Shown piece after piece: positions 46,321 through 56,535 of a stretch of 64,000 nt of DNA. The position numbers and the translations under genes are program-made. Under the pieces are notes generated by a model. That model did no database searches. It had not been told where the DNA came from and saw only the letters and a list, made by a program, of their open reading frames with translations. Source of the stretch: Planctomycetota bacterium (GTDB lineage: Bacteria > Planctomycetota > Phycisphaerae > Phycisphaerales > UBA5793); NCBI GenBank assembly GCA_963205185.1, contig CAUJHZ010000018.1:27665-91664 (forward strand), given 5' to 3'. The first letter of the stretch is position 1, and each line of letters opens with the position of its first letter.

Positions 46321-47121
46321 TCAGATCCCCAGTCCCGTGAAGTCCCCGCTCTCATACACCCGCTCGACATACACCGCAATGGGTCGCTTCACGATCGCGC
46401 CGGCGGTCGCGTCTTCCGCTTCGGCGTACCGCACCCAGAGGTACTCCCAGCCCTTCTTATCGATGCCGGTGATGTCGCCGACGCTCAGGCCGGTGCGATT
46501 GGGACGCGAGGCGAATCGGAAGGTCAGTTCCCAGTCACCCTGACCGCGTTTGGAGCCCGAGACACCCAGGAACAGGCACTCGCCTGCACTGAAGCCCTTG
46601 AATGCTCCATCGTTGACCCGGCCGGTGAGGGCAAAGAGCGTACCTTTATATGTGGGCGTCACCAGACTGTCATCGAGGTAGTGCGTCTCGGTGAACTGGT
46701 ACGTGGGTACGACGATGTCCACGCCCTCGACACTGTCAGCCGTGACGCCGATCGCGCCTTTGAAGTCCGGCGCTGTGCCGCCCGGGGGCGCGTACGAACT
46801 GATCGTCGCCAGTGACTGCGTGATGTGCTCGCTGCCGCCGCCCGTCTCGAAGGTGAAGGTGCTCTCGCCGGTGTCGGGCGGATCGGTCGATGAATCGACC
46901 TGGTAGGTGACAGTCCCGTCGTAGAGATCGGGCCCGGCCTCTTCCACACGCACCTGGTAGAGCGGCAGGCCGCCGTAGAAGGACGGCACCTCGGCTTCGA
47001 GCGCCGCCAGCGCCTCGAGGTCATCGCTCGTGCCGCGCACCCAGTAGAGGCGCTCGGTCGATGGGCTGCGGCCACTGGTGGTCGTTCGACTGATCCCGCG
47101 TTCCTGAACTTCCGTGCTCAT
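46321..47121 (-). CDS. phage distal-tail protein candidate
   Basis: Start overlaps the tape-measure stop; 266 aa. Confidence 0.45.
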   Translation of the reverse strand: MSTEVQERGISRTTTSGRSPSTERLYWVRGTSDDLEALAALEAEVPSFYGGLPLYQVRVEEAGPDLYDGTVTYQVDSSTDPPDTGESTFTFETGGGSEHITQSLATISSYAPPGGTAPDFKGAIGVTADSVEGVDIVVPTYQFTETHYLDDSLVTPTYKGTLFALTGRVNDGAFKGFSAGECLFLGVSGSKRGQGDWELTFRFASRPNRTGLSVGDITGIDKKGWEYLWVRYAEAEDATAGAIVKRPIAVYVERVYESGDFTGLGI

Positions 47122-49091
47122 CCGAAGGCCAGTCCCTTGCTGCTCGCCTCGACGAGGCGCTTGGTGTGGCGGGCTGTCTGCTCGGTGGCGCGGGCGGTGC
47201 GTTCGGCGCTGTCATCACCGGCGGCGAGGCCACGCACGGCTGAGGCATCGAAGGTGCCGCGCACACTGACGCGACGCGCCAGGGTGTCGAGTTGATCACC
47301 GATGTCGGCGAGGCTCTGAAGGGCCATGGAGGTCGGATCCTGGCCCTCACTGATCGCCTGCTCTCGGCGTTGCCGCGCGGCTTCGACGGCACCAGCCAGT
47401 TCCTGCTTGGTGCGGGCGAGGACTTCCTCGGCCTGCCGCACCCGCTCGGCGGTCTGCTCATCGAGTTGGGCCAGTGCCTCATCGCGCTGGGAGTTGACGG
47501 CGTTGAGTGCAGCGGTCTTCTCCTGTTCACGCTCGGCATCCGTGCGATTGCGACGGCGTTCGGCTTCGGCAATGGCGTCCTTACGTTGAGACTCGACCTG
47601 GTTGAGATCCGCGTTGAGTTGCTGCTGGTTGAGCGCCTTGGCGGCATTGACATCCAGAGACTCATCCAGCAGACCCATGACCTCGGTGAAGCGGTCTGCA
47701 AGCCAGTTGGTCACCCGGGCCCAGACGCGCTGCACACCTGCGGCGAGATTCGCCCAACCCTTGGCGATGCCGGCGGTGAAGTCGGGGAAGTTGCGTTCAA
47801 ACCAGTCGCGCACCTCGATCCACGCCTTGCGGACTCCGGAGAAGGCGATGATCGCGGCCCGCTGGAATCCCGCGCTGAACCCGATCCAGGCCTGACGCAG
47901 AGGTTGGATTCCCTGTTCCCACGCGACACGCAGCCCGGCCCAGAGGACACGGGCGGCCAGTGCGACATCTCCACCGGCGAGTGCATCGCGAATACCGCCG
48001 ATGACGGTGCCGACGAATGTGCTCAGTTCGCCGAATCGATCACGAAGCCATTGAAGCGCCTTGCCGCCTGCCCCGGACCACGCGATGATCGTCCCGCCGA
48101 GCAGTGCCGCGGCAGTGATCAGCAGCCCGATGGGCGAGAGGATCGCACCCAGCACAACACCGATCTTGGCGATGATCGCGGCCGCGACACCGAGTGCACT
48201 ACCAAGTCCGCCGACGGCCACACCCAGCACGGTGAACGCGAGACCGGTGGCGATGAGAATGCCACCCACGGCGCCAACAGCCACGCCGACTTTGGCGATC
48301 CACACGACCGTGTCGCGGTTCGCTTTGATCCACTCATTGGCGGCAATGATGATGCGGGTGATGCGATTGCTCAGGTCGATGATCGTGGGTGCCAGGGCCG
48401 AGCCGATGACGAACGCGCCGACGCGGACCGTCCGCCAGAGAATGTTGAGTGTGTCGGTGAGCAGGGCCGCGCTGGAAGCGTCCTTGGTCGAGATCGTCAG
48501 GCCGAGACTGTCCGCCTCGGCGCGAAGCGTTCGGATGTTGGCCAGCAGTGGCAGCAGTTGCGTGCCGGCCCGGCCGAGAACCTGCATCGCCAGCGCAGCG
48601 CGCTTGGACGGGTCCTCGACGCGGGTGATCGCATCGGCGATGGTCTGGAACTGCCCTTCGGGCGAGAGTGAGGCCAGGTGTTTGATATTCAGACCGAGAT
48701 CGTCGAAGGCATCGGTGGCGGTGGACAGGCCGCGCTGCGCATCATTGATGGTGCGCTGCATGGTGCGGATGCCCTTTTCGAGCGTCTCGATGTCCGCTCC
48801 GGACTGCTCGGCCGCGAACCCGAGTTGAGAGAGGGCCTCGGCACTCAAGCCGGTACGGGCCGCCATCTTGTCGAGTTGATCACCGCTGGAGGCGAAGATC
48901 TTCGTCGCCCCGGCGAACGGCGCGAGGATCGCGGCCGAAGCGGCCACGGCGCGCAGGCCGACCTGACGCACGCCGGCGCCGAACGCTTTGAGGCGCTGCT
49001 GGGCTCGCTTCAAGGCGCGCTGCAGACGCGCGTCGTCACCGCCGATCTCGACGAAGGCGCGGCCGGCGCGGATGCCTTGGGTGTTGGCCAT
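47118..49091 (-). CDS. tail tape measure protein
   Basis: 'MAARTGLSAEALSQLGFAAEQSGADIETLEKGIRTMQ..AFDDLGL' core, Gly/Ala/Ile-rich hydrophobic middle, C-terminal coiled coil. Confidence 0.85.
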   Translation of the reverse strand: MANTQGIRAGRAFVEIGGDDARLQRALKRAQQRLKAFGAGVRQVGLRAVAASAAILAPFAGATKIFASSGDQLDKMAARTGLSAEALSQLGFAAEQSGADIETLEKGIRTMQRTINDAQRGLSTATDAFDDLGLNIKHLASLSPEGQFQTIADAITRVEDPSKRAALAMQVLGRAGTQLLPLLANIRTLRAEADSLGLTISTKDASSAALLTDTLNILWRTVRVGAFVIGSALAPTIIDLSNRITRIIIAANEWIKANRDTVVWIAKVGVAVGAVGGILIATGLAFTVLGVAVGGLGSALGVAAAIIAKIGVVLGAILSPIGLLITAAALLGGTIIAWSGAGGKALQWLRDRFGELSTFVGTVIGGIRDALAGGDVALAARVLWAGLRVAWEQGIQPLRQAWIGFSAGFQRAAIIAFSGVRKAWIEVRDWFERNFPDFTAGIAKGWANLAAGVQRVWARVTNWLADRFTEVMGLLDESLDVNAAKALNQQQLNADLNQVESQRKDAIAEAERRRNRTDAEREQEKTAALNAVNSQRDEALAQLDEQTAERVRQAEEVLARTKQELAGAVEAARQRREQAISEGQDPTSMALQSLADIGDQLDTLARRVSVRGTFDASAVRGLAAGDDSAERTARATEQTARHTKRLVEASSKGLAFG

Positions 49092-49094
49092 TGC

Positions 49095-49532
49095 TCACAC
49101 CCCCTTCACGCTGTTGCGCCAGAGTTCGGGGAGTTTGGGCCGCTCTTTCTCCAAGGCCGGGTTCATGTAGGGTCGCGCCGCGACACGCACGCGCCGTTCG
49201 GTCCGCTTGCCGCGCCGGCGGCGCGTGACGGTTGTCGTGCCACCTTGCTCGAGCACGCGCGGCGCCGTCGATCCCTTGATTCCCACCGGACCGATCACCA
49301 CGGTTTCGCTCTGCCGGTCGTAGCCGAACAGAATGAAACGCCGCAGCAGACCGACATGTGAGTACGGCGGACTGCCGGGCTTGCTTGTGCCCTTGCGTTT
49401 GCGGATGCTCGTGCGAGCCGTCTGGCGAATGAACGCGCCACCCTTGCTCAGCACCTTGCGGCGCGCGGCATCGACGGCCCGTTTCACCTTCGGGCGGTCG
49501 AAGAACAACTGGGTGATGCGCAGATCGAGCAT
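49095..49532 (-). CDS. phage structural protein (HK97 gp10-like candidate)
   Basis: ATG at 49532; ends 'ARPYMNPAL...'. Assignment is weak. Confidence 0.4.
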   Translation of the reverse strand: MLDLRITQLFFDRPKVKRAVDAARRKVLSKGGAFIRQTARTSIRKRKGTSKPGSPPYSHVGLLRRFILFGYDRQSETVVIGPVGIKGSTAPRVLEQGGTTTVTRRRRGKRTERRVRVAARPYMNPALEKERPKLPELWRNSVKGV

Positions 49533-49534
49533 CG

Positions 49535-49747
49535 CTACTCCCGGGTCTGCGTGGGTACACGCCCCTCGATGAACACGTCCCTGAGTACCGACACATCCGC
49601 CTTCATGGTCTCCCGCTTGCGCGCGAACGGATCGAAGTCGCTCGGCCGGAACGCCCGCTGGTGTTTGGCGGTTCGCTGTGTGTTGGCGATGAGAGCCATG
49701 ATCGATGCCGTCCTTGCCCACTCGTCGCGCTGCTTCTGCTCAGCCAT
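49535..49747 (-). CDS. small phage protein (second chaperone position)
   Basis: 70 aa between the chaperone-like ORF and the tape measure; 'WARTASIMALIANTQR..FRPSDFDPF'. Confidence 0.4.
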   Translation of the reverse strand: MAEQKQRDEWARTASIMALIANTQRTAKHQRAFRPSDFDPFARKRETMKADVSVLRDVFIEGRVPTQTRE

Positions 49748-49767
49748 GGCGAGCAGGTCGCGCAGTG

Positions 49768-50262
49768 TCAGGTTGCCGGGATCGAGGCCGAGGATGCCGG
49801 CGCAGCGCCAGATGAGTTGCCAGAGGTCGTCTCTTTGATGGCCTCCTCGACGATCCGTTCGATCTCGCCGCCCTCGAGGCGCGCCTCCACCACGTCGCGC
49901 GCCTTGTCCATCGCGCTGCGGACCACCATCAGCACCCGCCCGAGATTGGTCCGATCCCTCGGGCTGGGGCAGAAAGCCACCAGTTCATCGAGCAGTGCGG
50001 CCGTGGCCGCGTCGATCGCGTCCCCGGCCATGGCCGCGCCGAAAGACTCATCGCTGATCTGCTTCTGATCCGCCTGAGGTTTGACGAGCGCGTAGAGGAT
50101 GTCGCACAGGAGCACGGGATCGCGCATGAGGCGTTCGAGCAGATCGCCGCCGCTGATCACTTCCAGCAGGTCGGTGCCGGTGAGTGAGCGGATGCGTTTG
50201 AGGGCCGCGACATTGACCTCGACACTCCACTCGTTACCCGCGTTGTCCTTGAAGGTCTTCAT
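49768..50262 (-). CDS. tail assembly chaperone candidate
   Basis: Position between the major tail and tape-measure genes; acidic 164-aa protein. Confidence 0.45.
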   Translation of the reverse strand: MKTFKDNAGNEWSVEVNVAALKRIRSLTGTDLLEVISGGDLLERLMRDPVLLCDILYALVKPQADQKQISDESFGAAMAGDAIDAATAALLDELVAFCPSPRDRTNLGRVLMVVRSAMDKARDVVEARLEGGEIERIVEEAIKETTSGNSSGAAPASSASIPAT

Positions 50263-50453
50263 TCGTTGCCTCCTGCGACGGCGAGTTGGTGGTGGAGCGT
50301 GACTCCGCGCTGGGAAACGTTCGTACTTCCCGGATCTCGGGCTTTGATTCGCATGACCACAGCAGAAAGAGCCACAGAAGGAACAGCCAGTTCATCCAAA
50401 ACAGCCAGAAGAACATCATGACATGCTCCTGTTCATGAAAGGTGGTCGAGTTC

Positions 50454-51059
50454 TCACGGCGTCGAGTCGTACAGCACGCCGAGGTTCAGGACAGCCGTCG
50501 CCGCGGACGATGCGTTGCTCGCCATGAGGCCGTCGATCGAGTCGCCTGCAAGCGGGTTGACGATCTGCTGCCCGTCGAGCCAGAACCAGGTCTCGTTCTT
50601 CACGAGATCGATCGAGAGTGCAGTAGCGCCCGAGTCACGAACGCTGAGATGTCCGCGCTCCCCGAGTTTGGCGCCGATGGCGACGAGTTCATCGCCGGTG
50701 AATGCGAGGTCGATCGCCACCTGCTCAGCGGCTGTCACCGCGGTGTCCTGTACGGGCAGATCGTCGCCGGCCCCACCTGAGAATGTCACGTCGTCCCCGG
50801 CCACGCCGTCCACATCCACGTCGTAGCGGCGCCCGCCATCCCAGTAGATGTCGATGACATCGCCGATCTGAAGCGCGGTTCCCGCGAGGGTGAGTACGCC
50901 GGTGGTATTGGTGCTGCGCGTCGAGAGCGTGCCCGCCTCGGCGGCCGGCAATGTGATCGGGCCCTGGCGGATAGCACCGTCGGCGGTGCGCTGAAGCGTT
51001 GCTCCCAATGGCGCGCCGCCGATCTCGCCGGAGAGTGACAGAGTACTAGTCGGCATCAT
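50454..51059 (-). CDS. phage tail-associated hypothetical protein
   Basis: ATGA overlap with the major tail gene stop; 201 aa. Confidence 0.45.
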   Translation of the reverse strand: MMPTSTLSLSGEIGGAPLGATLQRTADGAIRQGPITLPAAEAGTLSTRSTNTTGVLTLAGTALQIGDVIDIYWDGGRRYDVDVDGVAGDDVTFSGGAGDDLPVQDTAVTAAEQVAIDLAFTGDELVAIGAKLGERGHLSVRDSGATALSIDLVKNETWFWLDGQQIVNPLAGDSIDGLMASNASSAATAVLNLGVLYDSTP

Positions 51060-51487
51060 GCACCTCCGATCCACGAGGGCGGCGTGGCCGAGTAGGCGAC
51101 CTTGGCCGTCACCGAGACGGTGATGCCTTCCTCGAGCGGCTCACTGCGGCTGAACGAACTGATCATGAAGTCGGCCTGCAATCCCTCGCCCCCAGTGTCA
51201 TCGAGGATCTGGAATCCCAGTATGGCGTTGTTGAGGTAGGCGTTGCGAATGGCGGTGAATCCCGCATCGGCCGTGTCCCACACCATCTCGAACTCGACGG
51301 TCGCGGCCTTGAGTGTGGCGACATTGGCTCGCCAGCCCTGATTACCGCGGGTGGTCAGATCCGCTTCGGCCGCCTCGAGATTGAGCGTCACGTCGCGGAC
51401 ATTGGTCAGTTCGGTCCATGCTCCGCCGGCGCCCTGGCCGTCCACCTTGTAATTGAGGACGGCCTCCATGCCGAGTTTGAAGCCCAT
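51056..51487 (-). CDS. major tail protein candidate (TP901-1/phi13-like)
   Basis: 143 aa; 'VRDVTLNLEAAEADLTTRGNQGWRANVATLKAATVEFEM' pattern; position upstream of the chaperones. Confidence 0.6.
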   Translation of the reverse strand: MGFKLGMEAVLNYKVDGQGAGGAWTELTNVRDVTLNLEAAEADLTTRGNQGWRANVATLKAATVEFEMVWDTADAGFTAIRNAYLNNAILGFQILDDTGGEGLQADFMISSFSRSEPLEEGITVSVTAKVAYSATPPSWIGGA

Positions 51488-51508
51488 GGGTCACGGTCCT
51501 TTCGTCGT

Positions 51509-51934
51509 CTACGTCCTCACCCTGTAGGTGACCGACACGACACTGGTGAATGCGCGCTGCTGATCGAGATGCTCGGGCGAGATGAGTGGATCGGTCGTCG
51601 TGCCCAACCACGCGGCCTCAGCCGCGCCCGTGAGCCTTTGATGACTCAGGTATTCGGCGATCTCTTCGGTGAGCGCAATCAATGCATCAGCATCCGCGTC
51701 GCTTGCCACCTTCTTCTGCACCCCCACATCGATGGTGCAGTCCAGCCAGGAATCGCGCCGGCCGGAGGCGGTCCGCGTCACCGTTCGTGGTGCAATGGTC
51801 ACGTGCAGACTCGCCAGATCCTCCAGCCCAACATTGGGCACGAGATGACGCTCGGCCGTGAAGGACATCGAGAACGACGCCCCGTTCAGGCTCGCCACCA
51901 TGGCGTCGGCAATGGTCAGGATCGTGCTGCTCAC
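51509..51934 (-). CDS. head-tail joining / tail terminator candidate
   Basis: GTG at 51934 forms a GTGA overlap with the upstream stop; 141 aa. Confidence 0.45.
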   Translation of the reverse strand: MSSTILTIADAMVASLNGASFSMSFTAERHLVPNVGLEDLASLHVTIAPRTVTRTASGRRDSWLDCTIDVGVQKKVASDADADALIALTEEIAEYLSHQRLTGAAEAAWLGTTTDPLISPEHLDQQRAFTSVVSVTYRVRT

Positions 51935-52314
51935 AATGCCTCCGTCGCCACCTGCTTGGTGTGGATGCGCAGTGTGCTGCGATTCACGTCGCTGTACCGC
52001 CACGGAGGCTCATTGCCCGGCGCCATGACCTCGTAGGTGTACGTCGCGATCGAATCGATCTCGATGATGCGATCACCCGGCTGGGGCAACGTGACCTCAC
52101 TGGCGAGAACCAGATCAGCGGCGCGAATGAGGAAGTCCCGCGATTCGATGCGTGTGAGCCCGCCCGCGTGGTCGTCCTGTTCGAAGACGGTGCGGCCGAT
52201 CGTTGCTGACAACTCCACCTCGTCGCTGCCGCGCTGGTACGTCACCGTCCGCGTCAGGTGCTGGTGACGCTGATCCTCGAGCCATGACAGACCCTGGCTG
52301 AGCAAGTCGGGCAT
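51931..52314 (-). CDS. head-tail connector candidate
   Basis: 127 aa immediately after the decoration-like gene. Confidence 0.45.
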   Translation of the reverse strand: MPDLLSQGLSWLEDQRHQHLTRTVTYQRGSDEVELSATIGRTVFEQDDHAGGLTRIESRDFLIRAADLVLASEVTLPQPGDRIIEIDSIATYTYEVMAPGNEPPWRYSDVNRSTLRIHTKQVATEAL

Positions 52315-52320
52315 GATGCC

Positions 52321-53016
52321 TCACACCGTCGAGAGTGCAGCGCCATCGTTGCACACGACACGCCAGACGAGCGTGCCGTTGTTGTCGATTGCATGGAGGC
52401 GGATCGAGTCATTCACATCCGCCATCGTGATCGTGTTGTTGCCGGTCTGGTTGATCGCCGATGCGACGGTGATCACGCAGGTGCCGCCGTCGGTCTTTAT
52501 GAACAGGAGCAGCTCCTGCCCGACGAAGGTCGGGATCGCCAGTGTGCGCGTCTCGGAGCCGGCGGTCACGATCGGGACGTAGCCTGACTGCGCGACGGGA
52601 ATCGCACCGGCATCGCCGGGGTCGAGAATCGCGCCCGTCAGTGTGCTTTGCAGCCCGATGACCGAATGATCGACGAGTACACGGGCAGTTGCATCGGACT
52701 CGGCTGCGGCCCGCACCGTCTTGCCGAGGTAGGCGTTGCCCGTGGAGGTGGTCGTCAACGCGCCGGTGCCAGCCGTGCCGCCCACGGGATCGCCGTTGGC
52801 ATCCCAGTACACCGCGATGCCTGCGCCGATCGCGCCCGTCACCTTGACGATGTCGTAGATGCCCGCCACGCCAAGCGAACCCAGCGCGTTGGCGGGGATG
52901 GGTGTGCGCGCAAAGCCCGGCAGTGTGTTCTGGACCACCACCTGGCCGGTCGCGACGGCGCTGCCGGGGGTGTGATCGATGGCGTTGCCGGGTGAAACGA
53001 ATGTTGCCTGTGTCAT
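52321..53016 (-). CDS. DUF2190-like capsid decoration/cement protein with extra C-terminal domain
   Basis: 'GNAIDHTPGSAVATGQVVV..LGVAGIYDIVKVTGAIGAGIAVYWD' pattern. Family name from memory. Confidence 0.55.
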   Translation of the reverse strand: MTQATFVSPGNAIDHTPGSAVATGQVVVQNTLPGFARTPIPANALGSLGVAGIYDIVKVTGAIGAGIAVYWDANGDPVGGTAGTGALTTTSTGNAYLGKTVRAAAESDATARVLVDHSVIGLQSTLTGAILDPGDAGAIPVAQSGYVPIVTAGSETRTLAIPTFVGQELLLFIKTDGGTCVITVASAINQTGNNTITMADVNDSIRLHAIDNNGTLVWRVVCNDGAALSTV

Positions 53017-53075
53017 GTCGAAACTCCTGATTCACGTGTGCAGCGGAGAACTGATCACTCAGATTCCGCGCCCGA

Positions 53076-55079
53076 TCATGCTTCACCAGTACTCATCACA
53101 CCACCACGCGGATCCTGCAGATTGACCCCGAAGTCGTGATAGCCGCGCATCTGAATGCCCAACACGTTGAAGTCGGCCTCGGCCGTCTCGATCGTCGGCG
53201 ATTCCTGACCATTCAGGAATGCGACCTCGATCACCGGCAGGTCGGTCGGATCAGACAGCAGATACCACGCCTTGGCCGAGTTGCCCGTGTATGAGGCGTT
53301 GCTCAGATACCGGCTCACCTCGACGCGGAACTTGCCCTGATGCGGGTTGCTCACCGGGTACTTCGTGCTCGCGGTCGTGTCGCGCAGTTCCATGCTCTTG
53401 AAGAGTTGCGTGCCGATGGCGCTGAGCGCCGTGGGCACGAGCATGATCGAGGGCATGATGCCGATGGGCTTGCCGTCCCCATCGACCTGGTCCATGAACG
53501 CGACCTCGGCCTTGGTCAGTCCGTCGATGCTCAGGGCCGTGTCGGCGCCGCTGAGGTAGTTGTTGTTGGCGACCTTGAAGAAGTCCGTGTTCGCCAGGAA
53601 GATCGTCCAGAAGACATCGTTGATCTTCAAACCCGACCCGCGACCCAACTTGCGCGGCACCGTGGTAATGGCGCCGAGATCATCGTTGATGATGTCGCGG
53701 CGATCGATGGCCAGCAGCAGGCCGTAGGTGTCGGCCTTGTTGGTGTACTGCTCTTCGCCGAGATTGCCGTGCTTGAGTTCGCCGCCGGGCGCCACGATCT
53801 CGTACTGGTCCTTGCCGACGAGCCGGTACGACGTGACCGTCTTGAAATCGCTCACGTTGCGCACGGCGGTGATGTTCCGCCAGGTGCGTTCGACGGAGAA
53901 GAAGCCTTCGAGGAGGAACTTGTTGGCAACGTTGCTCAGAATGCCACTGATATCGATCGTGCTCAGACCGGCTTCGATGCCGGGGTTGAAGGCGAACTTG
54001 AGGACATTGCGGCTGTCGCGGAAGTTGCGGCCGGAGTACCCGTTCGCCCATGCGGCTTCGAGGAGCAGTTCCTGCAACCCGATGCCGCCTCGGAACCTCT
54101 TGGCGGCCAGGTCGAGCGCCTGCTCTTCGCAGTGCTTCTCAGGTTCATCGAGTCCGGCCGTGAGCATGCACGCCGCTTCGAGGACCTGGGTGCTCACATT
54201 CTGGTCATGGACATGGATCGCGGGAGCCTTGGGCCGATTGGCGCGAAGGATCTCCAGTTCAGTGCGCGTCGCATCCCAGCCCTCGCGGATCGCTTTGGCC
54301 TCGATCTCGTGGTGCTGGCCGGCGCAGAGGCGGCGGACGGCGGAGATGCGACTCGTCTCGGCCAGTGCCTGCGCGCGGATGTCCTCGACGGCGCTGGCCT
54401 TGCTTGCGTCATCCTGGGTCGATTCCGGCTTGGTCTGTGTCGCCGTGCCGTTGTTGGTGGCGTTGTCCTTCGTATCACCGTCCATGATGTTCTCCTGAGT
54501 CGCCGCGATCGCCGCGACATTCACACTGGTCTTCCCATCCGCCCCGAGGTCCACGAAACTGATCTCACCGAGTGTCGCCTTGCGGACCACATTGACCGGC
54601 CCGGCGAACTCCTGACCGTTCACGAGCACCTTCTGGCCTTCGCGGATGAACTCGAATTCCTCGACCGAGGCGCCCACCGAGGCCTGCCAGGGGAATCCGT
54701 TCTTCGAGGAGGTGACGATCTCCCGTGCCGTCGGCGTGTCGCGTGAGACAACGCCCGAGGCAATGAGTTGTCCCTGTTCGATGCGGATCGCGTCAGTGTG
54801 ACCGACACCCGAGGCCGGATCGTGGCTAAATCGGATTGGCCGCTGCTGAGAGGGGATGTTCAACCCGGCCAGGTCGAGAATGACCGGATGCCGCCACGCG
54901 GCGACACGCATGGCGCTGCCGGTGTAGGCGACCATCTTGAAACGCGGCAATGCCGTCTGACCCTCGCCGGACACAGCCTCGATGTCGATCTGTGCCGCCG
55001 CGGTGATCTCGATCGACTGAGCAGTTGTACTCTCAGGCGGCGATGCGGCTGATCGCGTTGGTGTCTTGGTTCTGGCCAT
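53076..55079 (-). CDS. prohead protease / major capsid protein fusion
   Basis: N-terminus HK97-protease-like 'RFSHDPASGVGHT', 'WQASVGAS'. Acidic/Ala-rich linker, then a capsid-like domain of about 400 aa. No separate capsid gene in the module. Confidence 0.7.
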   Translation of the reverse strand: MARTKTPTRSAASPPESTTAQSIEITAAAQIDIEAVSGEGQTALPRFKMVAYTGSAMRVAAWRHPVILDLAGLNIPSQQRPIRFSHDPASGVGHTDAIRIEQGQLIASGVVSRDTPTAREIVTSSKNGFPWQASVGASVEEFEFIREGQKVLVNGQEFAGPVNVVRKATLGEISFVDLGADGKTSVNVAAIAATQENIMDGDTKDNATNNGTATQTKPESTQDDASKASAVEDIRAQALAETSRISAVRRLCAGQHHEIEAKAIREGWDATRTELEILRANRPKAPAIHVHDQNVSTQVLEAACMLTAGLDEPEKHCEEQALDLAAKRFRGGIGLQELLLEAAWANGYSGRNFRDSRNVLKFAFNPGIEAGLSTIDISGILSNVANKFLLEGFFSVERTWRNITAVRNVSDFKTVTSYRLVGKDQYEIVAPGGELKHGNLGEEQYTNKADTYGLLLAIDRRDIINDDLGAITTVPRKLGRGSGLKINDVFWTIFLANTDFFKVANNNYLSGADTALSIDGLTKAEVAFMDQVDGDGKPIGIMPSIMLVPTALSAIGTQLFKSMELRDTTASTKYPVSNPHQGKFRVEVSRYLSNASYTGNSAKAWYLLSDPTDLPVIEVAFLNGQESPTIETAEADFNVLGIQMRGYHDFGVNLQDPRGGVMSTGEA

Positions 55080-56535
55080 CTTCTTCGTCCTTGTTTGTGT
55101 TGTCGGTGCTACCCGCGCTGGGCTTCGCTTGCTCGGGAGTCAGTCCCAGTTCCTTCATGAGCGTGACTTCACGGGCACGCTGGCGCAGTTCTTCTTCCCA
55201 GTCGCGACCCTGGCGGGCGAACTCGGTGGCGAGTGTGGTCGTGTGGTTGGCCAGTCGTGTGGCCTGAGCCGTCGCTTCCTTGGCCGGATCGACGTGTTCC
55301 ATCCCATCCCAGAACCATGTGTGCGGCGTGGCGACGCCGATGGCCCGCATCGATTGGGGAAGCAAGCCCTCGACGAGCACGGCTTCATCCAGCCAAGCGC
55401 GGAGAATGCGATCGAGGACCGCCGTCTGGAGGTGGTTCTGCTCGACGCGGATCGACTTGTAGTACGTCTGGTGGTCGAGCCGGCCGCTGGCGTAGTTGTA
55501 CCCGCTGGAATTCCCGGCCGCGACGTTGAAGGGCATGTTCAGGCAACGCGCGATCTCGTTGAGGATCTCGCGCTTGAACTCGGCGTAGGTTGTCGCGGGC
55601 TGCTCGGCATGGACCTGGCCCAACTTCCAGCCGCCGGGCAGGACGGTGGCCAGTCGCTTCTCGAGTTCGACGATGTCCATCGGCTCGAGGGATTCGGCCT
55701 CACCATTTGCCGGGGAGTCGGTGTAGATGACGGCGGCGAAGTCGGCGGCCGTCTCAGCGGCCGCGATCACAGCGAGTGTGTAGCGCCGCAGTTGGGCGAA
55801 CAGAGGCAGCGCCGGAGCGATGTCGGGGATACCGCGCCACTGGCCGGGTCGATCGACGCGGTAGTAGTGAACGACTGACGAGGCTGGAATGGTGTCGAAC
55901 TCGCCTGAGAAACCGAACATGCCGCCGTCGCCGGGATGCCGACGCAGGACCGTGTAGGCAATCGGGTTGCCGTATGAGTCGAATGTAATCCCATCTGCCT
56001 CGCCTATGCGAAGCAATCGGCCGGGCGGACTCGTCACCTGATCGGGTTCGACGAGTCGCAGATCGAGTTGGACGGATGCGTCAACAGCGGGGTTGTTGGT
56101 CAGGATGCCGAAGACCTCGCCGCTCTCGGCGCGGGCCAATCGCATCGTCCGCAACTTCTCCGGTAGGTCGATCGCCTTGCTCCACTGCTCGAACGCCTTC
56201 TCGATGATGTCGTTGGCCTTCGAATCATTCGTGAGCATCTGGAGGCGCGGGCCCGTGCCGACGGTGTCGTTGGCGAGAGTGAGAACGATTCCCCTGGCGT
56301 AGGAGTTGTTGGCAACTTCGTAACGGGCCCGGTTGCGCAGAATGCGCCGGACTTCGGGCGAGAGGGCCGCGTTGGGCGACAGGCCGTCGGCATTCGCCCA
56401 GTGGCGGCGGTTGTCGGTCGTGGTCTGCGCCGAGTCAAACTTGGCGCGGACGATCCGCACCGGAGGGCGCGCCGCCGTTGCCGGCGCCTTGCCGTTGCTA
56501 TTGAACCACGATGTCACGAGGCGCTTGAGCATCAT
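55033..56535 (-). CDS. portal protein (lambda family-like)
   Basis: 'HWANADGLSPNAALSPEVRRILRNRARYEVANNSYARGIVLTLANDTVGTGPRLQ'; 500 aa. Confidence 0.85.
   Translation of the reverse strand: MMLKRLVTSWFNSNGKAPATAARPPVRIVRAKFDSAQTTTDNRRHWANADGLSPNAALSPEVRRILRNRARYEVANNSYARGIVLTLANDTVGTGPRLQMLTNDSKANDIIEKAFEQWSKAIDLPEKLRTMRLARAESGEVFGILTNNPAVDASVQLDLRLVEPDQVTSPPGRLLRIGEADGITFDSYGNPIAYTVLRRHPGDGGMFGFSGEFDTIPASSVVHYYRVDRPGQWRGIPDIAPALPLFAQLRRYTLAVIAAAETAADFAAVIYTDSPANGEAESLEPMDIVELEKRLATVLPGGWKLGQVHAEQPATTYAEFKREILNEIARCLNMPFNVAAGNSSGYNYASGRLDHQTYYKSIRVEQNHLQTAVLDRILRAWLDEAVLVEGLLPQSMRAIGVATPHTWFWDGMEHVDPAKEATAQATRLANHTTTLATEFARQGRDWEEELRQRAREVTLMKELGLTPEQAKPSAGSTDNTNKDEEDGQNQDTNAISRIAA

Noticed and set aside
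49747-49860. Possible G/GT-style -1 programmed frameshift between the chaperone-like ORF and the following 70-aa ORF
   Set aside because: The -1 frame is open for at least 38 codons upstream of the second ORF's ATG. However, I found no canonical X XXY YYZ slippery heptamer, and the second ORF has its own ATG.
53340-54746. 468-aa plus-strand ORF inside the protease-capsid gene. Similar long antisense ORFs occur at 6598-7662, 8702-9685, 40698-41762 and 47292-48671.
   Set aside because: All overlap strongly supported genes on the other strand. They have low-complexity R/G/A/V composition and no motifs.
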